In this document: piece after piece, positions 47,501 to 64,000 of the stretch
Layout: every line of letters begins with the position of its first letter
How positions within the stretch are numbered: the stretch's first letter is position 1
Assembly: GCF_009914755.1 (NCBI RefSeq)
Contig: NC_060927.1
Length of the DNA: 64,000 nt
DNA from: the human T2T-CHM13v2.0 reference genome, Homo sapiens
Reading direction: 5' to 3' (one strand)
Position numbers and translations under genes: made by a program
The notes under the pieces: generated by a model
Seen by the model: the letters and a program-made list of their open reading frames with translations, nothing else
The model's database searches: none
Told to the model about the DNA's origin: nothing

Positions 47501-48404
47501 TGTGTGGCAGGATATTTTTGGTGCCGCTTCACCAGCCAGAGACCTACACTACTGGTGACACCCCTGCCCAGGGCCTCACTCAGTTCCAGGCTTGCCACAG
47601 AAAGTACCCTGCTCACTCAGCCTGACAGGCTGCACTTGGTCTGTGCTCCAGCCCAGATCCTTCACTCAGCATAGGATCCACGCTCAGCCCGTGGCTTGGT
47701 GGGGTAAGCTGCAACCTGCTTCTGCCTTGGACGCTGGCATCTAGATAAGGGGAACAAAGTAGCATCCAAAAAACTTGGAGACATCAGCGACCCCAGAGCC
47801 CCAAAGGAGGTGTTACAGTGTGTTAACAGCTCTTTCAGTCCCACTGTCCACAGCCTGACACATGGGGGTGTGTGGCACCCAGCAGCTCCCTCTCCCATTC
47901 TTGGTGAGCAGGAAGGGAGTGCTACAGGGTTACAGCTCTGTTCACACTCACCATTTGGAGGGTCCCGAGTTCTTGTCCCACATCCAAGAAGAATGAGGTT
48001 ATGCTGACAGCTGGCTGGTAAGCAAGGCAAAGAGTTTTATTGAATGATGAAACAACTGTCAGCAAAGAGGGGGACCTGAGTTGGGCAGCCCCCTGCCTAA
48101 AGTTGGGTAGTATTTCAAAGTGTGGCTGAGTCTGGGGTTTTTATAGACACAAAATGGGGTGTTCCAAGCCATAGGTAGCATTGAAAAAGGCAATATTCAA
48201 TTGGTTAAAAAGCATTATTCAGAAAGAACCAATCAGGACAGAGCAAGCAAACAGGAATAGAACTTCTCACTCTGGATCACAGGCTTCATCCTGAACCAGC
48301 AGCCTAGTTTTCAAGCTTTGGGCTGTTTTTGGCTTGAAGGTGTGGTTTTACTGGGGACCTGTCCTTCTCTGCATAGGGATTTTGTCTGTCTCCTGCCACT
48401 ATCA
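47501..48404 (-). mobile_element. ERV1 solo LTR (LTR27/LTR28/MER52 group) nested in the MER65 internal region
   Basis: GC-richer block. Reverse complement begins tgatagtggcaggagacagacaaaatccct...caggtccccagtaaaaccacaccttcaagcc, related to the LTR at 42032. Confidence 0.78.
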
Positions 48405-49122
48405 GTTTCCTTCCACCTGGATGATAAAATACTTTTTGACTTTTCTGGCAAGTCCTTTCTTGTATAAAAACAAGTGTCCTTATAACTTTAATACTCTGGT
48501 TACTACAGAATTACATTCTCTCTCTGATGAATGTCTTTTTTGGTGAATTTACTTTTGGTTCTTTCTGCATGCCTAATTTAATATTTTCTTTGTTCTGCAT
48601 GCCTGGGTAAAAATTATGGCATTCTGATTTTGATTTGGTAGCACATGCCTATACAGGATTTGGCTTTTTTCCCTTGTTTGTTTCTGAAACTCTTCTGAGA
48701 GCAAAAATAAGCATTTTAAATGGTAGGTGCAGCTAAAAGACATTAAGACAGTCATCACCATTTAAAACACCAGCCCAAGCTCCTGACAGTCTGACAGGAT
48801 TTGTAGGATTTTCTTTGCTTTTAGGAGATCAATAAAAAATGAAATGAGATTCTCAAACATTAAGGCATACCAGGTTTTCTGAGACTCCAGCTTGCTACAA
48901 AGCTTTTCCTTCATGTACATTTTGGATCAATGGCCATCACAGGGATCATTTGAGTTTCCCAAGCTTGTTTTTTCTTAGTATCAAATTAGGAAAGTACAAC
49001 TGTACAGTTAACATGTAGAGTCTTATAAGTTCTCTATCTCTCTATTTTTTTCTGCCTAAGTTTAATCAGCTGACTTTTCTGGAGGTGTTGAGATAAAACT
49101 CACTGCTAATGGCATTCCAACC

Positions 49123-49125
<3 letters not shown>

Positions 49126-49157
<32 letters not shown>
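49126..49157. repeat. Poly(T) tract of about 32 nt
   Basis: Uninterrupted T run. Confidence 0.95.
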
Positions 49158-49161
<4 letters not shown>

Positions 49162-49672
49162 GCTTAAAAGGCTTTCAAATTAATGGCTTTATAAATGACA
49201 ACAGCTCCATGGTAGCCAATAACTTAGGCCTAGGAGTCATCCCTTTTGATGTAAATTTAAGTTTGCTAGACTAACAATTAATTAGAGTGAGTTAATTAAA
49301 GGATTAATAGTCTAAAAAGAACTGAATAAATGTTTATAAGAGTTAGGCTCTCAGACCAAACAGGTCAAAATCTTGGACTCAGAGCAATAATATAAGGTAT
49401 CCCTGTCCAACGTAAAAATTGCTTTGTCTGCAGGATTTTTAGGGGGAAAAACCCTAAAAACCTGCTACAGTGCTTCCTTGCCCATGTTGACTAGTCAAGC
49501 AAACCAAACTGACAAAAGATAGATTTATATAGATAGATGTATTATTAAGGCTACTTCGATATTTTGTTTTTTTTATATAATTCAGCCACTCCTACCTAAA
49601 ATGTAAACATTGAAATTTTAACTCTAAATTCATCTGAAACTGAAAGAAAAAGGACAGAAAAAGTGAAAGAGG

Positions 49673-49979
49673 TTTTTTTTGTTGTTGTTGTTCTCTGTTT
49701 TTTGAGACAGGGTCTTGCTCTGTCACGCAGGGTGAAATGCAGTGGAACCATCATGACTCACTACAGCTTCAGCCTCCCAGACTCAAGTGATCCTCCCACC
49801 TCAGCTTGTTGAGTAGATGGGACTACAGATGCACATCACCATGCCCAGCTAACTTTTTATTTTTTGCAGAAGCAGGATCTCACCATATTTTCCAGGCTGG
49901 TATCTAACTTCTGGGCTCAAGTGATCTACCTAACTTGGCCTCCCAAAGTGCTGGATTATAGGCATGAACCACCATGACC
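49673..49979 (-). mobile_element. AluJ
   Basis: Reverse-orientation dimeric Alu, diverged, with a GTT-containing tail. Confidence 0.92.
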
Positions 49980-50410
49980 TGATGAAAGAAATTTTTTTAA
50001 ACCAAACTGTTTTACCCAAAATTTTAATCCAGAGCTTTCATTAGATGACATATCAGAGAAAATAAAGTTGAGCCATATAAACATGTCTCTTTTAGCCAGA
50101 AATATAATTTAGATTCAATACTCTTTTATAAACTGAGTTTTTATTACTATCTATCTCATTACTGAAGTCCTAAATTAAAGCAATAAGATCTTTGTGTGTG
50201 TATATATGTTGGATGTGTTGACACATAAGTACATATGTTATGTTGTATGATTTGTCTATATAGTAAATTTTGGCATAGTTGGCCAGAAATCCCTTAAAAA
50301 GTTCTATTCAGACTGGCTTAATTAGTGCTAATGTAAATTATATAGTAATTCTCCCAATTATCTTGTACTTCACATGACTTAAGTAAACCTTTAAGAAATA
50401 GCTTGTTTTT

Positions 50411-50731
<321 letters not shown>

Positions 50732-52312
50732 TAGCTTGTTTTTAAAGTATTGGTAAAATAAAAATAGAAATGTTTACAAATTGTCAGCATATATTTTTGT
50801 CTGGAGTTAATGATGGAACAGTTTTATATTTGTCTCTGCTAAACTTTTTAAAGTTGTAAAACTGTGAACCCAACTTAAAAAGAGAACAATCTTTGTTCAT
50901 GTAACACTTTGATTTAGTATTGATTTAATAAAAACAACCTATCTTCTGAGTTATTGGTAAAATACCCATATGTTTAACTTCAAGGTTCTTAACTTAAGTG
51001 AACACCTGATATTTATAGTCTATAAAAATGGTTAACAGAGAAATAACTTGAAATGATGACTAGTTAGCTCTAATATATCAGTTTTCATAAGTAATCTAAG
51101 GGTGATTGTTAAAATTAAACAAATTCAGTCAATTTAAATGGAATAAACATTTATAATAAAATTTTCATGTAATTTGAAATCTTGAAGTTATGTTAAATTA
51201 AATAATAGACACTCATTAAATGCCTGTGTCATTTTCAAGTAAGATTTTTAAAACTTAGGCTGAAGAGCTTTAACAGGTAAGTGTGCATGATAACAGAAAG
51301 CTGAAATCTGGCCCGATTTCGTTAGAAAAAGGATAACTTAAGATATTTTATTATTTCATAGATAAAATTGTGAAGAAGCAAACCAAAGCAGAAATATGTT
51401 TTTTGCTAATCTTTCTTCTAATTCTTTACGTTACTTAATTTAAATAATTTTAGACCTGTGTGGAGGTTATTGGTGAACCCCAAATGACAAAACTAGTCCT
51501 TAATATTTATCTGTAATAATACATGGTGATTAAATGCTCAATAAAGGTGTTGAATAAAAGAATAAAGTAATTACATTTATTAGAATCCTTTGGCGGTGAA
51601 TTTATAATATTTTAATTTTAAAACCTTTAAGGTTAATTAAACAAACTACACTGACCAGTTTTGTATCCTTGAGAGAAAAAGATATGTTAAAAAAATATAC
51701 ATACACAAAAATACATAAGTGCATATGTATAAATAAATGTATATATGCTTTCTCTTCTGTCTTATTTTCCCTTGAATTTAAATTTATTTTTTTATGTATA
51801 TATAATGGAAAATAAATGTACATTTGATTAAAGAAATACATGCTTATTATGAACTTATATGCTTCTTTTTTCCATTTTTATAAGATTTACTATGTTGTCT
51901 TTTATGTAAATTACAGATATAATATAAATTTGCATCATTAAGAACTTTTGATTGTATAATTTATGGCTGTAGTACAGAAAGAAATCTGCAAGTCAGTATT
52001 TACCCCACTTAAATGTGAGCTCCACATTCCTCCAACATTCACACATTCACATATACACAATATAATCTAAATTATAAAAAGCAAGATTTTCTATTTTGCT
52101 CAGCAGTTTTCTCAATGTCCAATACATTTTCTGAAACACAGTGTTACATAATAATTTGAGTTAATTAAAAAATAAAAAATAAGCATAGACTCTGTATATG
52201 TCATCAGAAAGCCAGGATCAGATAGGGTATAAACTTTGTTTTTTTGTTGGATGGAAGTCAGTGTTGTCCACAAAGGAGATGCAGCTTAAATGATGAATTT
52301 AAAAGAATTCTG

Positions 52313-52493
52313 AGCCAAGCACAGTGGTGTGTTCCTGTGGTCCCAACTACTCTGGAAAGAGATGCAAGAGTATCACTTGAGTCCAGGAGTCTGAGTAGTA
52401 TAATGAATATAATGTGACCACACCTGTGAGTAGTCACTGCACTCAAGCCTGGGCAACATAGAAAAACCCCACCTCAAAAAAAAAAAAAAAAAA
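52313..52493 (+). mobile_element. FAM (fossil Alu monomer)
   Basis: Single monomer with the FAM-type segment cacctgtgagtagtcactgcactc, an A tail and candidate TSD aatt(g)ctga. Confidence 0.8.
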
Positions 52494-52798
52494 TTGCTGA
52501 AAACGGTAAATGGCCAAATAACATAAGGCTGGGTTATCAAACAGTTGTGGATATAGGAGAGAGGAAAAATACTGGAAAGTCAGAAAGATAAAGAAAGAAA
52601 ATTTTATTTGTTCTCCCAACATTATGTCATTCTAGTTTATTGCTGTATCTTTCATATTTGGGACTTCTAGGTTTGTTAAAGGGTTTCTATGCAGAAAAAA
52701 AATTTCTGTTTATGAAAGTGTTATACTTTTCTACTTATAAAAATAGGACAAAGTTCTACTAGGCATGTCCAAAAGAGCTTGCCAATAGACACACTTTA

Positions 52799-53010
52799 TA
52801 GTGCTCTGCAATAGAACTTTGCAGTAGAACTTTCTGCAATAATGGACACATTTTTTATTATCCAGTATGGTAGTCAATAACTACATGTGGCTATTGAGCC
52901 CCTGAAATGTAGCTAGTAGGACAGAGGAAATAAAATCTTGATTTTATTTTAATTAAACTTAAATGTAAACCGACACACATGGCTAATGGTTACAAAATTG
53001 GAAAGAGTAG
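52799..53010. mobile_element. MER3-type hAT-Charlie element
   Basis: caatagaactttctgcaataatgga...ctacatgtggctattgagc...tgaaatgtagctagt...cacatggctaatggttac...attgga. Confidence 0.75.
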
Positions 53011-53873
53011 CTCTTGGTGATTAAAATGAGGCAAGTCTATTTTATTTGCAAAACACAGTCCAATACTACTATAAGGCAGAATCTGAAACATTTCTTCCAG
53101 CCAGCAACATCAGCGGACATTTAGTCTCTGGAATGAGTATAGATTTCAAAATGAATTAACAAGAAAGTGGCAACATAGCAATTAGTTGTGATAATACAGT
53201 AAGTTGACAGCGATGGATGGTAGATGTAATGTCTGGAAGATATGAAAAAAGCATTATTTTTATAGTAAAATATGTCAATACATAATTATTTTGTGCTGTG
53301 TATCAAAATAGTGATTCACAAATAATAAAATGTGATTTTAAACTAAATTTTCATGCTAATTTTAATAATTTATTTACTAAAGCTCCTTAATGATATTTGG
53401 AAAACTGATAATATCATGAGTTTACATAATCTTTTGCTTCTAAATGTAATTGTAAGACTTTGATTATTAAATGAAAAATATAATTGTTTATGTTCTTTTA
53501 GATTTCAACATTAAATTTTGGTTGCATTACTATGATTTTGATGACAATATCAAAAGTCTAAAGACTCCTCCTAGTTTAAAAGATCTACAAGAAATATTAT
53601 TTAAAAACTGTATTCCTAATGTTTTCTTTTTTATTTTATTTTATTTTATTTTTCTATTATTATTATACTTTAATTTTTAGGGTACATGTGCACATTGTAC
53701 AGGTTAGTTACATACGTATATATGTGCCATGCTGGTGCGCTGCACCCATTAACTCGTCATCTAGCATTAGGTATATCTCCCAAAGCTATCCCTCCCCCCT
53801 CCCCCCTCCCCCCACCCCACCACAGTCCCCAGAGTGTGATGTTCCCCTTCCTGTGTCCATGTGATCTCATTAT

Positions 53874-57703
<3,830 letters not shown>

Positions 57704-57766
57704 TATGATGTTAGCTGATTATTTTGCCCGTTAGTTTATGCAGTTTCTTCCTTGTCTTGATGGTCT

Positions 57767-58782
57767 TTACATTTTGGCATGATTTTGCAGTGGCTGGTAC
57801 CAGTTGTTCCTTTCCATGTTTAGCACTTCCTTCAGGAGCTCTTTTAGGGCAGGCCTGGTGTGACATAATTTCTCAGCATTTGCTTGTATGTAAAGTATTT
57901 TATTTCTCCTTCACTTCTGAAGCTTAGTTTGGCTGGATATGAAATTCTGGGTTGAAAATTCTTTTCTTTAAGAATGTTGAATATTGGCCCCCACTCTCTT
58001 CTGGCTTGTAGGGTTTCTTCCAAGAGATCTGCTGTTAGTCTGATGGGCTTCCCTTTGACAGTAACCCCACCTTTCTCTCTGGCTTCCCTTAATATTTTTT
58101 CCTTCATTTCAACTTTGGTGAATCTGACAATTATGTGTCTTGGAGTTGCTCTTCTCGAGGAGTATCTTTGTGGCGTTCTCTGTATTTCCTGAATCTGAAT
58201 GTTGGCCTGCCTTGCTAGGTTGGGGAAGTTCTCCTGGATAATATCCTGCAGAGTGTTTTCCAACTTGGTTCCATTCTCCCCATCACTTTCAGGTACACCA
58301 ATCAGACGTAGATTTGGTCTTTTCACATAGTCCCATATTTCTTGGAGGCTTTGCTCATTTCTTTTTATTCTTTTTTCTCTAAACTTCCCTTCTCGCTTCA
58401 TTTCATTCATTTCATCTTCCATTGCTGATACCCTGTCTTCCAGTTGATCGCATCAGCTCCTGAGGCTTCTGCATTCTTCACGTAGTTCTCGAGCCTTGGT
58501 TTTCAGCTCCATCAGCTCCTTTAAGCACTTCTCTGTATTGGTTATTCTAGTTATACATTCGTCTAAATTTTTTTCAAAGTTTTCAACTTCTTTGCCTTTG
58601 GTTTGAATGTCCTCCCGTAGCTCAGAGTAATTTGATCGTCTGAAGCCTTCTTCTCTCAGCTTGTCAAAGTCTTTCTCCATCCAGCTTTGTTCTGTTGCTG
58701 GTGAGGAACTGCGTTCCTTTGGAGGAGGAGAGGCGCTATGCTTTTTGGAGCTTCCAGTTTTTCTGTTCTTTTTTTTCCCCAT
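57767..58782 (-). pseudogene. L1 ORF1 with a premature stop and a 3' frameshift
   Basis: MGKKKNRK... ends at TGA 58453-58455. The same frame resumes at 58422 and goes out of frame near the C-terminus. Confidence 0.93.
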
Positions 58783-59685
58783 CTTTGTGGTTTTATCTAC
58801 TTTTGGTCTTTGATGATGGTGATGTACAGATGGGTTTTTGGTGTGGATGTCCTTTCTGTTTGTTCATTTTCCTTCTAACAGACAGGACCCTCAGCTGCAG
58901 ATCTGTTGGAATACCCTGCCGTGTGAGGTGTCAGTGTTCCCCTGCTGGGGGGTGCCTCCCAGTTAGGCTGCTCGGGGGTCAGGGGTCAAGGACCCACTTG
59001 AGGAGGCAGTCTGCCCCTTCTCAGATCTCCAGCTGCGTGCTGGGAGAACCACTGCTCTCTTCAAAGCTGTCAGACAGGGACATTTAAGTCTGCAGAGGTT
59101 ACTGCTGTCTTTTTGTTTGTCTGTGCCCTGCCCCCAGTGGTGGAGCCTACAAAGGCAGGCAGGCCTCCTTGAGCTGTGGTGGGCTCCACCCAGTTCGAGC
59201 TTCCCTGCTGCTTTGTTTACCTAAGCAAGCCTGGGCAATGGCAGGCGCCCCTCCCCCAGCCTTGCTGCAGCCTTGCAGTTTGATCTCAGACTGCTGTGCT
59301 AGCAATCAGCGAGACTCCGTGGGCGTAGGACCCTCTGAGCCAGGTGCGGGATATAATCTCGTGGTGCGCCGTTTTTCAAGCCTGTCGGAAAAGCGCAGTA
59401 TTCGGGTGGGAGTGACCCGATTTTCCAGGTGCGTCCGTCACCCCTTTCTTTGACTAGGAAAGGGAACTCCCTGACCCCTTGTGCTTCCCGAGTGAGGCAA
59501 TGCCTCGCCCTGCTTCGGCTCATGCACGGTGCATGCACCCACTGACCTGTGCCCACTGTCTGGCACTCCCTAGTGAGATGAACCCGGTACCTCAGATGGA
59601 AATGCAGAAATCACCGTCTTCTGCATGGCTCACACTGGGAGCTGTAGACCAGAGGTGTTCCTATTCGGCCATCTTGGCTCCTCCC
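58783..59685 (-). promoter_or_regulatory. L1 5' UTR internal promoter (sense leftward, antisense rightward) with YY1 site
   Basis: CpG-richer 900-bp UTR. YY1 motif ggccatcttg at 59667-59676. Confidence 0.75.
59238..59453 (+). CDS. ORF0: L1 antisense ORF0, intact 71-aa frame
   Basis: MAGAPPPALLQPCSLISDCCASNQRDSVGVGPSEPGAGYNLVVRRFSSLSEKRSIRVGVTRFSRCVRHPFL*, with strong Kozak context gcaATGG. Expression is not shown by the sequence. Confidence 0.8.
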   Translation: MAGAPPPALLQPCSLISDCCASNQRDSVGVGPSEPGAGYNLVVRRFSSLSEKRSIRVGVTRFSRCVRHPFL

Positions 59686-61304
59686 AGAAAAATCCTAATG
59701 TTTTCAACGTGAAATATGTATTTCTATTTTAGTCTGGGTAAGTAGCATTAGATTAAGAACATTCGTTTATTTTTTATAGATGCGTAAGTCTCAATTTTCC
59801 CATTCTTAAAATGATTTCTGGTACAGACTTTGGTGCAGTACCATATAATTGTACTATCACATCTCCTTTACTATGTAATACATACCCATCATATAAAGTA
59901 GTTATATACCAGATCATATGCTAAAATGATCCATGCTCATAAACCCAAGACTGTGAAATGGACACAAAAGGTTAAGCCAAATTGATGCTGCCTCCTGTTT
60001 ACCTGCAAAGTCTTTCTTATGAATAAACCAATAGACTAAAATCTTTGATCTCAAAGAAGATAAAGCCATCTCCATGGTGATATCCCAGATTCCTCATTGT
60101 TACTATTAAATACTTTTTAATATTCAACTGTTGCTGCCAATCTTCATCAATTTGATTGTAACTTGTACATACTTTTAAAGCATTTTTTTTTTGCTATAAA
60201 CAGCCAGAAATTAATACTAGTAAAATTTAAGGAACTCATATTGCAAACTCTCCCTCCCACCAAAAAAAAGAGTGTATCTCCCTATAAAATTCAATGTAGT
60301 ACTGGGGGAAGAATTCATTGGAGGAAGGAATACCTGCACATTTCCTAAAGGTGTAAATAAAATAAAAGCATAATATGTAGGATGCTTGCTGTTTTTATAT
60401 ATTTCACTTACTACTTCAATCAACTTCAATGACTAGGTTAGTTTTAGGATAGGCAGGCCCAGGAGGGAATAATTCTATCCTGCCTCAGTATGACCTATTA
60501 GTTATGATAAGAACTGCTCTTTAGCATTGACATATTCCAGTGCTCTCATTCATCAAACTAGAATAATATATCTAAGAAAGATATGATAATCTTGGGGAAA
60601 AGGAGAGATCAGTGAACCACATTTTGAAACTAGTTTTAGATTACTACCTTTAGTATTTCTAAAAAGAAAATTACATTGCTGTCGTTTTAAATCCTTTGAA
60701 ATAAATGTATTTTAAAAGTCATCAGGGAAAACCATTGTTACACGACAATGTTTCTTCTAGTTGTTGTTTGTTTTGTTTTCTTTCCCTAGCTAAGTTTTAC
60801 TTTCTTCCCTGAGAAAAAGAGTAGGGAACAGCTGTATGATCTATGCAATAGTTGATGCAAAACTACATCGAATCCTCATGCTGTTTGCCATGTCTTTGTC
60901 TATTGATATCAGTAAAAGCAACATGACTTGGTTTCTCAAACATACAAGTGAGATCACTCTCCTCATGAGCAACATTCAACATGCTGGAAGACCAAGTAAG
61001 ACTGCAGAGAAATGCTTCATAATTTGAGACAAACAAAATAGATTCTAAATATTGGTGCGTTCCCTTCATTTTATTGCAGAGACCTCGGTGCTACCTGTAT
61101 TTTTTTCTAGATGGAGAATGTGTAAAAAGCTTTAAAGTACAAAGTTTTATAGTGATCTCCCTATTATTAAACAAGATTTTACTCTTCTTTCAAAAGCTGT
61201 ATATAGAAGTCATATGCGTCTCTATCTCTAAAATTTTAAGTAAACCCTTTGGAGAGATTTAGAATGAATAAATGGGAGGAGAAAGAAAACAGATGTTTCT
61301 TTTT

Positions 61305-64000
61305 TTTTCCAAGATGGTGGATTGGAGGTGGTGTTAGCATGCCTCTCCCACTTAGAAAGACAAATAGTGTGTAGAGATTCACACTGTGAACTTTTTTCCA
61401 AGAAGCCATGCAAAAACTTAACTGGAAAACTGAAATAATCCACAGATTCTTAAAAAAAAAAAAAAAACAAAAAACCCAGGAGGCTGCAGTCTACACCATG
61501 AGCCTGACAAAAAAAGCTGTAAGTCCCCAAAGTGTGGGAGAAGGAAAGACTACCTCCAGGAAGTGCTCCCACTGAAAAACCTGGCAATGTAGGCCAAGGG
61601 GCAAGGCCTTAACCCTACCCAACCCTGGAAATGATTTAGGGAGTGGCAGGGTGTGGTGGAGAATGTAAAAGTAGGAGCAGCAGCAGGAAGATCCTGGCAC
61701 TCATTTCCAGTCTCCAGCACAGATTGAGGGAAATCATAACTCACAGGGGACCTCGTGGAAATCTACCAACTAACTCAGGCAGTGGTCACATGTTGAAAGT
61801 AGCTCCCAACTGAAATTTGCAATGTAATCTTCAGGGGGGACAAACTCCCTTGGCTGAAACCAGGGGCTGTATGGAAAGTGGGCTACAGTCACAAGCACAA
61901 AGCTGGGCACCCTGGCTTTGTAGGATAGCTCGAAGAATGGTGCCTGAAAACTGCAGTTGCTGTCCCTGCTGGGGAGACTTATGGCCTGGGGCAGTTTTGG
62001 GTTCTGACCATAGTCTGCCTGGAAATTAGCTGCTGCTAGTGGAACGGCACAGATGAGAGGTCTGCCTTGCCAAATGCATGGGAACTGACTGGATCTAACT
62101 GCCACCTGCTAATCCCTACTCCCTGTGTGACCTCTTCTGTGCAGCAGAGGTCACTACATTCATCCCTGTAACATTATCCAGTGGCCAGAGAACTGTCCCC
62201 CAACCCCCACAGGGGCCATTGCTTGCCCCACACATGGAGAGCCAGAGCACAGATTTGCTGACCTAGCCCCTAAATGGCTTTACCCTATCCCCTCCTCCAG
62301 TAGCTTAACACAAAGGACAGAAGCTTTTGGGAGCTCTGTGGCCCCACCCATCACCTGAGAAACCAGAGTAGCTCCGCATGGTAACATAAGGCAAGCAGAA
62401 ATCCCACCACTCTACCATAGCTGGTGCTCTTTTGCACGTGCCACCTCCTGGCTGGAGGCCAACTGACATTCCATTACAGCATCTGCAGGTAGAATAACTC
62501 TGTTCCCAGGACGGAGAAAATTTGTACATGACCTAAGCTATTACAATTAACTGCACCCCCCTGGCTAACCTGGAAATCCTGAGTCTGTCCACATGACCTG
62601 TTGATTACTTATACAACTGGCATTTGAGAAAGCCCACACACCAAGGCTATTTTATAACCAAGAAATCTTAATCTAATGAATGTCACTCCTCTGCCACCCC
62701 CATCAGAGCTGGTGCTGGCCCCTGCTGCCAGGAGCCTTGATGACAGTTGACATCATTGGATCCCTTACAGACAATGCCCAGCACCAGCCTGAAGTGTGGC
62801 AGCCACACTGGGCAGCTAGAACTGGAGAACAAACAGCATTCACAGTAGTCTGGCCCTCAGGGACTCTTAGTCTTAGGGGAAAAGGGAGTGACCACATCAA
62901 GGGAACACCCCTTGATGAACAAAAGAATTCAAATGACAGGCCTTGGGTCCCAGATCTTTCCACTAGTGGGAAGTTTGTTTCAGCAGAAGCCCAGTTGCTG
63001 TGCTGGGCTCCGTGGGAAAAGACTGCAGCTCTGTCTCAACAGTCAGGCAGCCTTGGTGCTTTTGACAGGTGCTGGAGAAGAGCACTTCTTTTTCCCGCTT
63101 GTCCACCACTGCAGACACAAATGGGGCTTCTAACACAAGAGTTCAGTGTGGGTGCACCTATAGGCAGTGTTTCTGGAACATTTCAGGGTAACTGCATCTC
63201 CACAAGAGGAGCGCCTTTCAGTTCAGGCTTGCACAAAAGGTAGAGTCACAGTTCCTCTCTACTTGAAACATCAACATTCCTGGAGATGGAAAGAGGTGCC
63301 TGTCTGATCTGAATAACCAGAACACTGGGTCAGGAGTATGACTGGGAAGTGGATCATTCCTGCTGGGCTGGCAGGAGAGCTGAGGTGGCTTCCACCCTTC
63401 CTCTTGATAAGACCTCTGCATTTCACTGAGACCTCCCCCAGCCACTTCTGTCAAAGCTGAGACCTCTGTCCACCGTTAAGTATTGCATTTACCCACCTGC
63501 TTTAGCCACCACTGATTTCTACCCAAGGACACCTCTCTTGCTGGCCTGAAGCCTAAACTATTCAACCCAGCAAATAAAATATTGGGAAACAAACAAACAA
63601 ACAAACAAACACTACAGGGGAATGAGATAAGCTTCAAGAGACCTCTGCCACTCCAACCCCATAGAAGACAGTGAACTTGCTCACACACTGAGCACACTGC
63701 TACTAAAACCAGCATCTGAGAAAGCCATCGTACAAAGACTCTGTTTGTTTAACCAAGGAATTTATGCAGTCTTCACCCCTGAAAGCACCAAGAGCCAAAT
63801 TAGGCTACAGTAAATTGTAAACATTAAAGTCACATCCTTAAGAGGAAGAAAAAAAAACTTCAAAAAAGAAAACTTAGTCAAATCAAAAATAAATTCAAAA
63901 ATGATTAGAAGAAATAGACCCAAATAAGAAGAAAGTAGAAAAAATAATTCTGGTAAAATGACAAAACAGGGTTCCGTAATATCCTCAAGATATGACACTA
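61305..64000 (+). mobile_element. Old L1PB-type element: about 2.6-kb 5' UTR and degenerate ORF1 start (continues right of the window)
   Basis: Starts ccaagatggtggattggagg...gtgtgtagagattcacactgtgaactttt. Ends in ORF1-start-like aataattctggtaaaatgacaaaacagggttc, with the expected ATG apparently mutated near 63923. Confidence 0.82.

Noticed and set aside
49126-49157. Poly(T) as a solo poly(A) retro-insertion
   Set aside because: No clear TSD. Expansion of a T run in the ERV internal sequence is the simpler explanation.
51260-51283. Isolated strong + strand splice donors (cag|gtaagt here, aag|gtgagt near 39343) and a possible exon at 26779-26823
   Set aside because: Partner sites are weak or absent, and such motifs are expected by chance at this window size.
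62680-63243. 187-aa ORF as a gene
   Set aside because: It lies within the GC-richer old L1 5' UTR, has no recognisable domain, and overlapping ORFs on both strands indicate chance openness.

Overview
Primate, almost certainly human, genomic DNA: it contains an AluYb8-type element, a human-specific subfamily. The window is AT-rich, CpG-poor and by my rough tally more than half transposon-derived. I could not recognise any host protein-coding gene; nearly all long ORFs are broken LINE-1 ORF1/ORF2 pieces or chance frames in repeats. Main content: (1) two 5'-inverted (twin-primed) L1PA elements at 1-3088 and 11099-16565, the second inserted in a Tigger3 transposon; (2) a full-length, disabled L1PA3-like element at 53627-59685 (minus) with TSDs and an intact antisense ORF0; (3) the 5' UTR of an old L1PB-type element at 61305-64000; (4) a two-LTR MER66-like ERV1 provirus at 31208-37781 with a tRNA-Glu PBS, and a truncated MER65 provirus; (5) solo LTRs, Alus, a FAM, MIR/L2 relics and DNA transposons; (6) a tailless 5'-half tRNA-Thr(TGT) retrocopy. 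I found no evidence for a new multi-gene biological system. The most unusual signals are mechanistic scars: two locally templated insertions around 30.3-32.2 kb, a Yb8 Alu with a Ya5-type patch, an inversion-created ORF joining antisense 5' UTR codons to ORF2, and a fold-back palindrome around a (TA)n tract. Subfamily names come from my recall of consensus sequences and need RepeatMasker/Dfam confirmation.
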